From assembly GCA_041671325.1 (NCBI GenBank), contig JBAZBR010000003.1, forward strand, positions 68,506 to 132,505: a stretch of 64,000 nt of DNA. Reading direction: 5' to 3'. The DNA is from Patescibacteria group bacterium (GTDB taxonomy: Bacteria > Patescibacteriota > Patescibacteriia > PEXW01). Every line of letters starts with the position of its first letter. Position 1 is the stretch's first letter. Shown one piece after another: positions 39,481 through 49,606 of this stretch. The notes below the pieces were generated by a model. The model was not told the DNA's origin and ran no database searches. It worked only from the letters and a program-made list of their open reading frames with translations. Both the position numbers and the translations under genes were made by a program.

Positions 39481-40040
39481 AAAACCACGGCGTTAGTATA
39501 GTTGAAATGATCATCTCAATCACTATCCTGGGAGTGATAAGTTTTATTATGGTCACCATTTTTTTTGCTTCGGATAGAGTGACCAAGGGCCAGCAAATTG
39601 GCAGTACCATCCAAACTGAAAATATTTTTGGTCAAAACATGATGAGAAAAAATTTGAAAGATGCTACGGGGATTTTAACCAATGTAACTATTGACGCTAT
39701 AACCTATACAACTAATGAACAAAACCTGGTCTTTAAAGTTCCCAGTATAAATGCCAGCGGCGATATAATTAACAGCACCTGGGACACTTTTGTTTATACC
39801 TCAAGCGGAACCTACCCCACTGCCCAGGTTAAGCTTTTGATTTCACCCGATGCTTCAAGCAGCCGTCCAGCTTCCAGCCAAGTCATGGTGAGTCTCGTGG
39901 ATAATTTACAATTTCGTTATAATTCAAATACTATTAGCGATATAAGCTATGTTGACATCACGCTTAGGACAAAAAAAACCGAGGGCGAGCATTCGCGCCG
40001 ATTTACCACGGAAACTCGGGTTACTCTGCGGAATTTTTAA
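39477..40040 (+). CDS. Type IV pilin-like (PilW-like) protein
   Basis: G|VSIVE motif and hydrophobic helix; ends TLRN. Confidence 0.85.
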   Translation: MKNHGVSIVEMIISITILGVISFIMVTIFFASDRVTKGQQIGSTIQTENIFGQNMMRKNLKDATGILTNVTIDAITYTTNEQNLVFKVPSINASGDIINSTWDTFVYTSSGTYPTAQVKLLISPDASSSRPASSQVMVSLVDNLQFRYNSNTISDISYVDITLRTKKTEGEHSRRFTTETRVTLRNF

Positions 40041-41913
40041 AAATCGCCAGGGCCAAACCATGGTTTTTGTAACAATACTTTTGGTTTTATTAGTTTCTGG
40101 GATTTTGATATTGGCCAATAAGTTATTAGTGGATCGAAGTGCTCAAGTTGCAATCAAACAAAGAGAAAACGCCCAGATTGTGGCTGAAGCTGGAATTGAC
40201 CATGCCATTTGGTGCTTAAACCATGGTTCTGAATGCGCCAATCCTTTCATTGGTGAAACTGGCTCAGTTACCAGCGGCGAATTTATTTCCACCGTAACTT
40301 CACCGAGCTCAAAAACCCGGTTGGTTGAATCTATTGGTTACATTCCCAGTCAGGCCAACCCAAAATATAGCAAAACCATCAAAGTGACATTAACGACTGA
40401 CACAGCCAATGTAGCTTTTAATTATGGGGTACAAGCCGGGGTTGGGGGAATTGAATTGGGCAACAATGCTTACATTCAAGGGAATGTTTATGCTAATGGT
40501 CCGGTGATTGGCACAAATGGCTCTTATATAACTGGTGATGCAATCTTGGCTATGAGTTCGCCTACAACAGATGCTAATTACGATCCAAGCGTTAGCCCTT
40601 TGTATACTCGGGACATCGGCACTTCTTCCAGTACAGAATATTTAGCGCAAAGCTTCATTTCCACCCTGAATGAGAAAATTTACAGCATTGATCTAAAGAT
40701 TGCTCAACATAATAATCCTAGTTCAACCATAACCCTATATATTTATTCTGATAACAGCAACAATCCGGGTAGCAATATTTCTGGTAGTGGCCAGCAATTA
40801 ATTGTCAGCATACCAAATGATTCTCCAGCTGGCTGGGAAAACGGCTGGACCAATCAAGTCTTTAACCCTTCCACGATGCCTATTTTAATTCCTGGAAATA
40901 AGTATTGGTTGGTAGTTAAAGTCAGCTCCTCAAACTCCACTAGGTATTGGACACTGGCCAGGAATAACGATGATGCTCTTTTTGCTGATGGGACGGCTAA
41001 GTTGGATGGGGATTTGACTGCCATGCCTGGTGCTTGTGCTGGTGGTTGTGATATTGCTTTTAAAATAAATATGGGAGGCATCGCTCCTACGCTAGACGTG
41101 GCGGGTAAACCCGGTATTTGTGATAACGCCGGTATCTGCGGAAACGGGCATTCAAGGAATATCAAAGACACGACTTTTGGCGCAGGTAAAAAAGCTTATT
41201 ACCAAAATCTTACTGGCACAGTCAAGGCTGATGGCGGGGCTGATACCTGCACCGAGGGTGAGAACGGGCCGTATTGCTTTGATGATTCTCCGGATTTACC
41301 ACCCCAAAATTTTCCGGTTTCTGATTCGCAAATCGCCCAAATGGAAGCCCAGGCAGCCAGTGGCGGCACTGAATCCGTAAATTGCAATATTCCCGATGGT
41401 TCAACCATTGGCCCCAAAAAATATAATTGCGACGTATTTTTGAATGGGACAGTGACCATGGCTGGCACAATTTGGGTGAATGGAGACTTAACCATAATTA
41501 ACAATGCCATACTGCAGTTAGCTGAAGGCTATGGGAATAATAGCGGCACCATAATTGCTGATTATTCGAGCAATCAAGCTTTGAAAGGCCGGATAATTTT
41601 AAGCAATAATGGCGACCTCAAGGGCAACTCAAATCCGGAAACTTATGTCATGGCAATTTCTGCTTATCGGGACCCTTTGAATATCACTTCAGCCATTGAT
41701 GTTTCTAATAATTTAGCCGCTGCAGTTTTGTACGCGCCTTATGGCATAGTAGCCATCAACAATAATGCTTCTTTAAAAGAAGTCACCGCCCAAAAGATTG
41801 ATATTGCTGAAAACGGTTCAGTCATTTATGAATCAGGCTTGGCTAATGTGAATTTCACGGGCGGGCCTGGGGCTTCCTGGATAATGAAGCCGGGGTCGTA
41901 TCAAACGGAATAA
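39949..41913 (+). CDS. PilX-like minor pilin with large C-terminal beta domain (start uncertain)
   Basis: RQG|Q hydrophobic helix; AEAGIDHA PilX motif. Confidence 0.8.
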   Translation: MLTSRLGQKKPRASIRADLPRKLGLLCGIFKNRQGQTMVFVTILLVLLVSGILILANKLLVDRSAQVAIKQRENAQIVAEAGIDHAIWCLNHGSECANPFIGETGSVTSGEFISTVTSPSSKTRLVESIGYIPSQANPKYSKTIKVTLTTDTANVAFNYGVQAGVGGIELGNNAYIQGNVYANGPVIGTNGSYITGDAILAMSSPTTDANYDPSVSPLYTRDIGTSSSTEYLAQSFISTLNEKIYSIDLKIAQHNNPSSTITLYIYSDNSNNPGSNISGSGQQLIVSIPNDSPAGWENGWTNQVFNPSTMPILIPGNKYWLVVKVSSSNSTRYWTLARNNDDALFADGTAKLDGDLTAMPGACAGGCDIAFKINMGGIAPTLDVAGKPGICDNAGICGNGHSRNIKDTTFGAGKKAYYQNLTGTVKADGGADTCTEGENGPYCFDDSPDLPPQNFPVSDSQIAQMEAQAASGGTESVNCNIPDGSTIGPKKYNCDVFLNGTVTMAGTIWVNGDLTIINNAILQLAEGYGNNSGTIIADYSSNQALKGRIILSNNGDLKGNSNPETYVMAISAYRDPLNITSAIDVSNNLAAAVLYAPYGIVAINNNASLKEVTAQKIDIAENGSVIYESGLANVNFTGGPGASWIMKPGSYQTE

Positions 41914-41993
41914 GTATTTATAATAATTAATAAACTTAAGTGCTGGACACAATGGCCATCCGTTTGTAAACTATCCGTACTAATCAGAAAAAT

Positions 41994-42905
41994 ATGTTGC
42001 ATAAATTAATCATTATTGGTTCTGGTCCAGCTGGCTTGTCAGCGGCAATTTACGCTGCCCGAGCAGAATTAAAGCCTATTGTCATCTCAGGCAAAGTTCC
42101 TGGCGGACAATTGACCCAAACTTCAGCCGTGGAAAACTTTCCAGGCTTCATAAGCATCCAGGGATCGGAACTTATGCAAAAAATTCGGGAGCATGCCGCG
42201 CAATTCGGCACGAAATTTGTTGAAGGCGAGGTGACCAAAGTCGATTTTAAAACTAAACCTTTCAAGATTTGGGTTGGCGAGGAAGTTTTGGAAGCGCAAG
42301 CCGTTATTGTGGCTACTGGTGCCACAGCCAAGTGGCTGGGATTACAAAACGAACAAAGATTGCAAGGCAAAGGAGTTTCGGCTTGCGCCACCTGTGATGG
42401 TTTTTTCTTTAAGAATAAGGATGTGATCGTAGTTGGCGGCGGAGATACGGCCATGGAAGACGCCACTTTTTTAACCAAGTTTGCAAACCAGGTTACAATC
42501 GTCCACCGTCAGGCCGAATTGACTGGCAGCAAGATAATGCGCGAAAGGACTTTAAACAATCCTAAAATTAAGGTCAAGTTTAACTCCGAAGTCGTGGATG
42601 TGTTGGGTCAAAATAGCGTCGAGGGCGTAAAAATCAAAAATAATCAAACTGACGAAACTGAGGATTTCGCCTGCCAAGGCTTGTTCGTGGCTATTGGCCA
42701 TAAGCCAGCCACGGATGTTTTTACAGACCAATTAGAATTGGATCGCGGCTATATTAAAGTCCACGATATCACCCATACTTCAGTAAAAGGCGTCTTTGCC
42801 GCGGGTGATGTGCAAGACCCACGCTACCGCCAAGCCATTACTTCAGCTGGCACGGGTGTCATGGCCTTGATTGACGCGGAAAAGTATTTGGAAAGTTTGG
42901 GGTAG
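41994..42905 (+). CDS. trxB: Thioredoxin-disulfide reductase
   Basis: GSGPAG, CATCDG, GGGDTAME, FAAGDV. Confidence 0.98.
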   Translation: MLHKLIIIGSGPAGLSAAIYAARAELKPIVISGKVPGGQLTQTSAVENFPGFISIQGSELMQKIREHAAQFGTKFVEGEVTKVDFKTKPFKIWVGEEVLEAQAVIVATGATAKWLGLQNEQRLQGKGVSACATCDGFFFKNKDVIVVGGGDTAMEDATFLTKFANQVTIVHRQAELTGSKIMRERTLNNPKIKVKFNSEVVDVLGQNSVEGVKIKNNQTDETEDFACQGLFVAIGHKPATDVFTDQLELDRGYIKVHDITHTSVKGVFAAGDVQDPRYRQAITSAGTGVMALIDAEKYLESLG

Positions 42906-43017
42906 AAAATTTAAGACCAAGATTTATTAAATCTGGTTTTTTATCAACCTAAAAAATAGCATATAATGGCAAAAACGGTGAGGGTGGATTTCCCTAACTG
43001 AATATAAAGTGAGGGTA

Positions 43018-43965
43018 TTACGTTTTTACGGAGTCGATTATCAAATCCAACATTTCGGAAAATGAGATACCGGCAGCTTTTGCTTGCTGGGGAAGTAAAC
43101 TCGTTTTTGTGAGTCCTGGGATGGTATTCGTTTCAAGATAATAAAATATTTTTCCATTTAAGATGAAGTCGGAACGGGACATGCCGCGACAGCCAAATAT
43201 TACATGAGCTTTTAGAGCCAGTTTTTTAACTTCATGGGTTTGCTTGAGGGTGAGGTTCGCAGGGGTAATTTCCGCACTTCCACCTACACAATACTTTGCC
43301 TTGAAATCGAAAAAAGAAGAGCTTTTGGGGATGATTTCCGTTGGCGGGAGTGCAAATGGTTTCCCTGATTTTTCTAAAACACTGCAAGTAATTTCCCTGC
43401 CCCTGATAAATTTTTGGATCATAATGCGGGAATCATATCGAAATGCGGAGTTTATTGCCTTTTTAAGATCCGCTTTCCTTTTGACGATATTGACGCCATA
43501 GCTTGATCCTTGTGAAACCGGTTTAACAATACACGGAAAGAAATTCCATCTTATTTGTTTATCGGAAAAAACTTTGTACGATGGAACGGAAAATTTTGAA
43601 AATTGCACGATTTTGTTTGAAAGATCTTTGTCCATTGCAATGGCCGAGACGGAAGCATTTGATCCGGTATAAGGCAGGCCGAGAGATTCAAGTATTGATT
43701 GAATTTTACCGTCTTCTCCAAATGGGCCATGGAGAGCAATAAAGGCAATCTTGTATTTTGTTTTTAGCATATGTTGTAACGCATTTGCTAGACCAAGACT
43801 TTTGTGGCCATTAAATGACCACAATCCCTTTTTTGATATTATGCATGTGGAGACCTGATATTTTGATTTATCTAAAAATCGTGTGACCATTCTTCCGCTC
43901 GCAAGTGATACGCTATGTTCATCAGACGACCCACCAAAGATTGTTAGTATTTGTCTTTTAATCAT
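43018..43965 (-). CDS. ddl: D-alanine--D-alanine ligase
   Basis: GG.S.EH.VSL.S, LHGPFGEDG, GSSYG, LETNTIPG. Confidence 0.95.
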   Translation of the reverse strand: MIKRQILTIFGGSSDEHSVSLASGRMVTRFLDKSKYQVSTCIISKKGLWSFNGHKSLGLANALQHMLKTKYKIAFIALHGPFGEDGKIQSILESLGLPYTGSNASVSAIAMDKDLSNKIVQFSKFSVPSYKVFSDKQIRWNFFPCIVKPVSQGSSYGVNIVKRKADLKKAINSAFRYDSRIMIQKFIRGREITCSVLEKSGKPFALPPTEIIPKSSSFFDFKAKYCVGGSAEITPANLTLKQTHEVKKLALKAHVIFGCRGMSRSDFILNGKIFYYLETNTIPGLTKTSLLPQQAKAAGISFSEMLDLIIDSVKT

Positions 43966-44775
43966 ATTTATCAAAAGTTTGAGATTGGGATTCTTTTTCT
44001 AATTCCCTTTTGAGTTCACCGATCCTTTCTGCAATTTCATCTTTTCTCGCTAATGTATCATGTGAAAGTTGGCTCATCAATTCCTTTAATTCATCACCAG
44101 ATAGCTTATTTATGAGGGGGTAATGAGGATATAATAGCCAATGAATTTCATTTCTTTCGCCCCTTGCGGAGTCAGTCTTTCCAGTCCACATTAAATGGTA
44201 TTTTAATGCAAGTTCATTATCTTCTAAATTTGGGAAAATCTCAAAGTTTCTATTCCCCACTTCTTCATTCATAAGAAAGTGTATATCGACATCTGTAAGG
44301 CGTGAATCTTTCTTTCTTGGCCCATAAAAAGATGATCCCGAAAGAGCAATTAATTGGGCTTCGTCTTCAGGTATATTGTGTCTACTAATTAACGCAGGCA
44401 GTTCTTCATTTGTGAGATCGATTATCTCTCTAAGTCGTTTTTCTCGGTTCTCACCTTTTAGAAAGCTACTACTAAATTCTTGCCAGTATCTTCGCTCTTC
44501 TTCTTCCTGAAATGAAGGAATATTAGTAAATCTGCCAATTCTCTCTCGTGAATCTATTTGGTGGAACTTTCTATGCAAAATTTTTCTGTGAAGTTTCCAA
44601 AGTTCATATTCAAAACGGCGAATTTCTGGGGGTACATTTTCAAGCCAAAATTTGAATCTTTTATTTTCAAAATCAATTGGTTCATTTTCTCTATCTGAAT
44701 ATGGACGTGTTTCTTTTTCAAATATTATTTCATTTCATTATTTTCAGAAGTTGGTTTTGTAGATTGGTTATTCAT
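43958..44775 (-). pseudogene. Hypothetical protein with apparent 5' frameshift (possible nucleotidyltransferase-like core)
   Basis: ATG 44775 frame stops after 16 codons; downstream frame is open from about 44730 to 43958; SGS..G...TDVD motif. Confidence 0.55.
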
Positions 44776-44814
44776 ACCTTAAAAATAGTACGGTTTGGAT
44801 AAATCGAAGAGGAG

Positions 44815-45408
44815 TTAAAATTTATCCTTTAGCTTTTCAACAAACCTCAATAAGTGCTTGTCGGTTTCAGTTCCGCAATCCAACTTGTCGCACTCAGCAA
44901 AAGTCAGCCACTCGTACCCGCTGAATTCCCTTTGGAAATCTTCGGTTGAATCATCCAGAGGCATGGTTGAATCGAACAAATGCAAATACCACAAATCCAC
45001 ATCAGTATGTCCGGCAAATTTGCCAACAGTGGTCACTTGGGAAAGAAAAAAGGGGCTTTCAGTTTCACCTTGGGCAAAATTTGGGTTTAGGTTTAACTCT
45101 TCTTTCAGTTCCCGGACTGCCGCATCACGAGGCAATTCATTTTTATTAACGTGTCCGCCGCTTGGCAGAAGCAGGCCAGAGCCCCGATGGTGGAAAAGCA
45201 GTAGTTTCCTTTTAGATTTGTCAAAGAGAACGTTGTAGCAGACCAAATGCTTGGGCGGGATGGCCGGTTTTTCTATCCTAAAAATTTCAACTCCGCTTTC
45301 AATCCAGGCAAGCGTATTTTGCAAATGGTCCCGCTCCATTTCGTCAAATGCGTCTATCTCCCGAATAATGGAGACAATTTTATTTCTAATAGGTTCTTTC
45401 ATATCCAA
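44815..45408 (-). CDS. NUDIX hydrolase
   Basis: GGHVNKNELPRDAAVRELKEEL. Confidence 0.9.
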   Translation of the reverse strand: MDMKEPIRNKIVSIIREIDAFDEMERDHLQNTLAWIESGVEIFRIEKPAIPPKHLVCYNVLFDKSKRKLLLFHHRGSGLLLPSGGHVNKNELPRDAAVRELKEELNLNPNFAQGETESPFFLSQVTTVGKFAGHTDVDLWYLHLFDSTMPLDDSTEDFQREFSGYEWLTFAECDKLDCGTETDKHLLRFVEKLKDKF

Positions 45409-45556
45409 ACCATATCACTTTGGAATTAAAATTTAAAGGAACTGATAACTTAAACGTACAAGCATAGGAAATTTTTCAAAAAAGAAAAGCGCCTGAGTTT
45501 TATTTCAAGCGCCTTAAACTGATTTTTTTATTTCAATGACCAGGAATGTCGTTTAG

Positions 45557-45865
45557 TTATTCCTTTCGAATGGTTTGCTTTAAAATTTCCGCGATACAAA
45601 GCATCAAATTTGTCACAGTCAACTTCCCAACATACAAAGGAGAAGTTTTAAGACCTTCCCATTCAGCTTGGCTTTTACCGACCAATACAATACCGATGAC
45701 TTTTTTTTCTTCTTTCAACCAATGAAGGGCAGTATCCGGATCTTCACAAACGATGAGATCCGCTTCAGCCGGCGGCGTGATAGTTGCGTTTAAAAGCGTG
45801 AGATGAGATCCAAGAGCTTCAACAACTACCTCGTTTTTTAAGATAATTCCAACCTTCATGATCAA
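45557..45865 (-). CDS. Hypothetical protein (orphan)
   Basis: Own promoter, CTTTGAAAA motif, AGAGG SD, terminator. Confidence 0.6.
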   Translation of the reverse strand: MIMKVGIILKNEVVVEALGSHLTLLNATITPPAEADLIVCEDPDTALHWLKEEKKVIGIVLVGKSQAEWEGLKTSPLYVGKLTVTNLMLCIAEILKQTIRKE

Positions 45866-46019
45866 TACCTCTTTCTATATTGAGTTGTAGTTTTTTCAAA
45901 GTGCTTATTTTCGAGAATTTTCTATGATAGTTTTAAAAAAGTCTTTTGTCAATATTTTAAAAAGTTATAACTTAAAATAAAACTCCCGAAGTCCATTCAG
46001 GAGTTTTTGGAAAAACAGC

Positions 46020-46514
46020 TTAATAATTTTTCCCCAATGAAGGGAGCCCACCGCTGAGAGAACCGATTGAACAAGGATTTGGGATTAACCCCTTCAAAAA
46101 GGTTTCAGCATGTTCTGGATTGTCTAAAATCCAATCCAATCCTCTTTGTATGCATTTGGTACAGGCAGCCAGGCCAGCGAGTCTGTCCTTTTTTATCAAC
46201 ATGCTCGCTTGGCTAAAACTTTCTGTTTCAAAAATGTGTAGATCAGGGATTTTGGAAAATTCATTGAGGAGAATTCGATCAACCGCTATGGTTTTGGACA
46301 TATCAAGCAATATTATGCGCTCTGTTAGTCCACCCCGTGGGCCAATCAGCAACTCAACAAACAGTCGGAGTTCGCGAACCTCGCAAGCAAAGTACAAGAA
46401 TTTTTGTGAAGGATCAGCAAGAACCCGGTTTTTTTCGAGCTTTGACCAACTCCTCATCACCCAGTCGTACACATCGTAGATATTTTGAATACCCATCGTT
46501 CCACCCTTTTTCAA
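46020..46514 (-). CDS. Hypothetical protein (orphan)
   Basis: 164-aa ORF (start possibly MGIQ), own promoter and terminator. Confidence 0.6.
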   Translation of the reverse strand: MKKGGTMGIQNIYDVYDWVMRSWSKLEKNRVLADPSQKFLYFACEVRELRLFVELLIGPRGGLTERIILLDMSKTIAVDRILLNEFSKIPDLHIFETESFSQASMLIKKDRLAGLAACTKCIQRGLDWILDNPEHAETFLKGLIPNPCSIGSLSGGLPSLGKNY

Positions 46515-46595
46515 GCCTAGTTTTGTTTCCTAATACCTTATATTTAAATGATTTTACAGTCAAGAGTTTGGCAAAACCAAAGTCAAACTGCTAAT

Positions 46596-47078
46596 ATGGC
46601 AAATATGCCAAGCATCAAAACCCGCTTGATTTTAATAAGCGTTTTATCGTTTTTAGGAATTGTAGTTTCCGGTTACAGTTTAAAAGCCCATTACAATGTG
46701 GGTGTGGCGACTTTTTGTGATATTAATAACACCATTAATTGCGACGCCGTTAACCACAGCTGGGCCAGTGAAATTGCGGGGGTACCTGTGGCCTTGGTTG
46801 GCATCATTGGCTATGCCTTAATTTTATTGGGTAGTTTGTGGTTGTTATTCATAAAAAAGATCACCAATTTCACTTGGGGAGCTTTGGCTTTGGCCAGTTT
46901 GGGCGGTTTGGTTTTTTCTCTGTTTTTAACTGGCGTAGAAATTTTCAGCCTAAAAACTTACTGCCTGCTCTGCATCACTTCGCAGTTATTGATGTTAGCA
47001 ATCGCCTATTTGGTTTGGCGTACCTCTGTGGCGCGTCAGGGTTTGCGTTCTTGGTTTTTTTCGTCCTCTTCTTCTTGA
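46596..47078 (+). CDS. Vitamin K epoxide reductase (VKOR) family protein
   Basis: C..N..INCDAV..S..S...GVPVA and C-terminal CLLC. Confidence 0.92.
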   Translation: MANMPSIKTRLILISVLSFLGIVVSGYSLKAHYNVGVATFCDINNTINCDAVNHSWASEIAGVPVALVGIIGYALILLGSLWLLFIKKITNFTWGALALASLGGLVFSLFLTGVEIFSLKTYCLLCITSQLLMLAIAYLVWRTSVARQGLRSWFFSSSSS

Positions 47079-47296
47079 GCTGCCAATTTGGAGAGTTTAT
47101 TTACTACCCAAACCACAATAACCGTAACGATAATCGCATAAAGGAACTTGGCAATTAAGCCACTGGCATCCCCGAAGATTTTTTCAAACAAAGCTTTGAC
47201 GGCTTCGTTCCAAGCCAAGGCCGCCACCAAACTTAAAGCTCCGGTCAATAAAGTCCGGATCTGATCTTTGATTTTATTATGGATTTTGTCTGACAT
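47036..47296 (-). CDS. Small 2-TM protein (DUF5654-like)
   Basis: LVAALAWNEAV..F..YA motif. Confidence 0.85.
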   Translation of the reverse strand: MSDKIHNKIKDQIRTLLTGALSLVAALAWNEAVKALFEKIFGDASGLIAKFLYAIIVTVIVVWVVNKLSKLAAQEEEDEKNQERKP

Positions 47297-47319
47297 AACT
47301 TGAGTATAGCAGATGTTGA

Positions 47320-47423
47320 TCCCGCACCACTTTCCATAGCAAGGTTGGGTAATAGATTAAATATTCATCTAGGAGAAATATCTTTCGTCTTGACCTTAGA
47401 TATTGTTGGAAAGTGGTGCGGGA
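47320..47423. repeat. Miniature inverted-repeat element, copy 3
   Basis: TCCCGCACCACTTTCCA..TGGAAAGTGGTGCGGGA with TTGA direct repeats. Confidence 0.85.
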
Positions 47424-47644
47424 TTGACGAAAAGCAAAAAACGTGATAGAATATAGATATAAAATAAAAACAAATATGAAAAAAACCACCTCCATGTTTC
47501 CTAATGGTCAAATCAGTTTGGTCATGCTTGGACAAACTATGTATTATTCCAAATCCTCTACTGGCCTGGGCAAGCGTTTGACCCAGCAAGTTTTTAGCAT
47601 TTTTAAACCTGCACCTAAGCGTCATATCTTAAAATTTTCCAATT

Positions 47645-48691
47645 ATGATAAAAATTGACGATCTTTTTAAACTAGCAGTAGATAAACGGGCTTCGGATGT
47701 GCACATTGTGGCCAACAAGCCGCCGATTCTGCGCATTGATGGGGAGCTGATTGAAGTCGAAGGCATGCCCCCGCTTTCCTCCAAAGATACCCAGGCTTTA
47801 GTTTTTTCAATTCTGAATGATAAGCAAAAACAGCTATATATCGCTGATCGGGAATTAGATATGTCTTATGAATTGATTGATGGTAATCGTTTTCGCGTCA
47901 ATTGCCATTGGGAAAGGAATAATGCCGGCTTAGTAGCCAGAATTATTTCCATGCAAATCCCGACCATGGAAGATTTGTTATTGCCTCAAGTGGTCTATGA
48001 TCTATTGCGATTGAAACAGGGCTTGATTTTGGTAACCGGGCCAACCGGCTGCGGCAAATCCACCACCCTGGCCGCCATGATTAATTTTATTAATAATGAA
48101 CGGTCTGCCCATATCATTACCCTGGAAGACCCGATTGAATTCTTGTATGAATCTAACAAATCCATAATCAAACAAAGGCAGTTGGGCACAGACATGATTT
48201 CTTTTGGCGATGCCTTGAAGCATGTTTTGCGCCAAGATCCGAACGTCATCATGGTGGGTGAAATGCGGGATTTGGAAACCATTGCCGCCACTATTACTTT
48301 GGCCGAAACCGGACACTTGGTCTTGGCCACCCTGCATACTTTTAATGCTGCCCAAACCGTTGACCGCATAATTGATGTTTTCCCGCCATACCAGCAGGAT
48401 CAAGTCAGGATCCAGTTATCTTTGTTTTTAAAAGGCATTATTTCCCAACAGCTATTGCATAGGGTGAATGGCGGCCGGATTGCTTCTCGGGAAATATTAA
48501 TTAACTCTCCAGCTATTTCCAACTTAATCCGTGAAAACAAGGTTGCGCAAATAAAGACGGTTTTGCAGACTTCAGCTGATGAGGGCATGGTTACCATGGA
48601 TCAGGATTTGAAGCGCCTGTTTGATGCTGGAGAAATAACCGAAGAAATTGCCAGAACTTACATGTTGAATCCGGAAAACCTAAAGCAATAA
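47645..48691 (+). CDS. pilT: Type IV pilus retraction ATPase
   Basis: GPTGCGKST, TLEDPIE, LRQDPNVIMVGEMRD, AISNLIRE. Confidence 0.95.
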   Translation: MIKIDDLFKLAVDKRASDVHIVANKPPILRIDGELIEVEGMPPLSSKDTQALVFSILNDKQKQLYIADRELDMSYELIDGNRFRVNCHWERNNAGLVARIISMQIPTMEDLLLPQVVYDLLRLKQGLILVTGPTGCGKSTTLAAMINFINNERSAHIITLEDPIEFLYESNKSIIKQRQLGTDMISFGDALKHVLRQDPNVIMVGEMRDLETIAATITLAETGHLVLATLHTFNAAQTVDRIIDVFPPYQQDQVRIQLSLFLKGIISQQLLHRVNGGRIASREILINSPAISNLIRENKVAQIKTVLQTSADEGMVTMDQDLKRLFDAGEITEEIARTYMLNPENLKQ

Positions 48692-48782
48692 AAATTTTAG
48701 GGAATATAAAAAATACTCCGAAGATCAGGCGGGGTATTTTTTTATTTGCGATTTTATAGCTTAAATGTTAATTTTCTTTCAT

Positions 48783-48858
48783 GCGCCCATAGCTCAATGG
48801 ATAGAGTACATGGCTTCGGACCATGGGGTTGGGGGTTCGACTCCCTCTGGGCGCACCA
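48783..48858 (+). tRNA. tRNA-Arg (UCG)
   Basis: Cloverleaf; loop CT-TCG-GA; CCA. Confidence 0.92.
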
Positions 48859-49098
48859 CGCGTCATCACGTGCGACGGGTTTCGTGTGGCAACATTTGTT
48901 GCCCCACTGCACCCTTTGCACGCGTGCCGCTCTCCGTGCGAAGCCTCGCTTAACCACAGAAACGCGTACTCCTTCGCTTTACTCAGTCCGTTCCTCGTTT
49001 CTGTGGCGTTTCGAGTTTTTTCCGTGCGTTCCTCATTTATGAGGTAGGTTCCGTTCGCGTGCCGCTCTCCCCAAATTTGTTTTCAACAAATTTGGGAC
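48859..49098 (+). repeat. tRNA-3'-adjacent modular structured repeat, copy 2
   Basis: Near-identical 75-bp core to 25605; repeated GTGCCGCT. Confidence 0.8.
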
Positions 49099-49171
49099 TA
49101 GGTTGTGCCATAAACGGTTACAGACTATTGCTTTTAATTCAGTTTATTTGTAAATTTAAGTCATTCAATTT

Positions 49172-49247
49172 GGGAGCATAGCTTAGCTGGTAGAGCAGAC
49201 GCCTCTTAAGCGTACGGTCGGGGGTTCGAATCCCTCTGCTCCCACCA
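49172..49247 (+). tRNA. tRNA-Lys (CUU)
   Basis: Cloverleaf; CT-CTT-AA; CCA. Confidence 0.93.
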
Positions 49248-49606
49248 ACCTACGTTTCGCAGACGGAACTTCGGTTGGCAGGCCAAAAACCTACAATTAT
49301 TAGTTTATTGCTATTTTTATGTGGTTTGTATATGGATTGTCATGCAAAGACGACTATCTTTATATCGGATCAACCAATAGTTTAAAACGTCGTGTGTTTG
49401 AACACGATGCTGGCAAATGTTTAACTTCAAAAAACAGATTGCCCTGTAAATTAAAATTTTATATTGCTGTTAACACAGAAAAAACCGCTAGAAATTTGGA
49501 GAAATATTTAAAAACTGGTTCAGGTAAGGCCATTCTAAAAAAACGAATTTTAACTGACGAAGCTTCGTCGAAAGACGAAGCGTAGTCAGCCCCTCTGCTC
49601 CCACCA
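49248..49606 (+). mobile_element. Micro-insertion at tRNA-Lys 3' end carrying a GIY-YIG gene
   Basis: 16-bp direct repeat CCCTCTGCTCCCACCA at 49232-49247 and 49591-49606. Confidence 0.75.
49319..49585 (+). CDS. Small GIY-YIG nuclease
   Basis: FVY.L...LYIGST..L.RR..EH..G; A..LEKYLKTG.G. Confidence 0.92.
   Translation: MWFVYGLSCKDDYLYIGSTNSLKRRVFEHDAGKCLTSKNRLPCKLKFYIAVNTEKTARNLEKYLKTGSGKAILKKRILTDEASSKDEA

Noticed and set aside
47443-47658. Small ORF upstream of pilT
   Set aside because: No SD or recognisable motif; could be leader sequence, so not called
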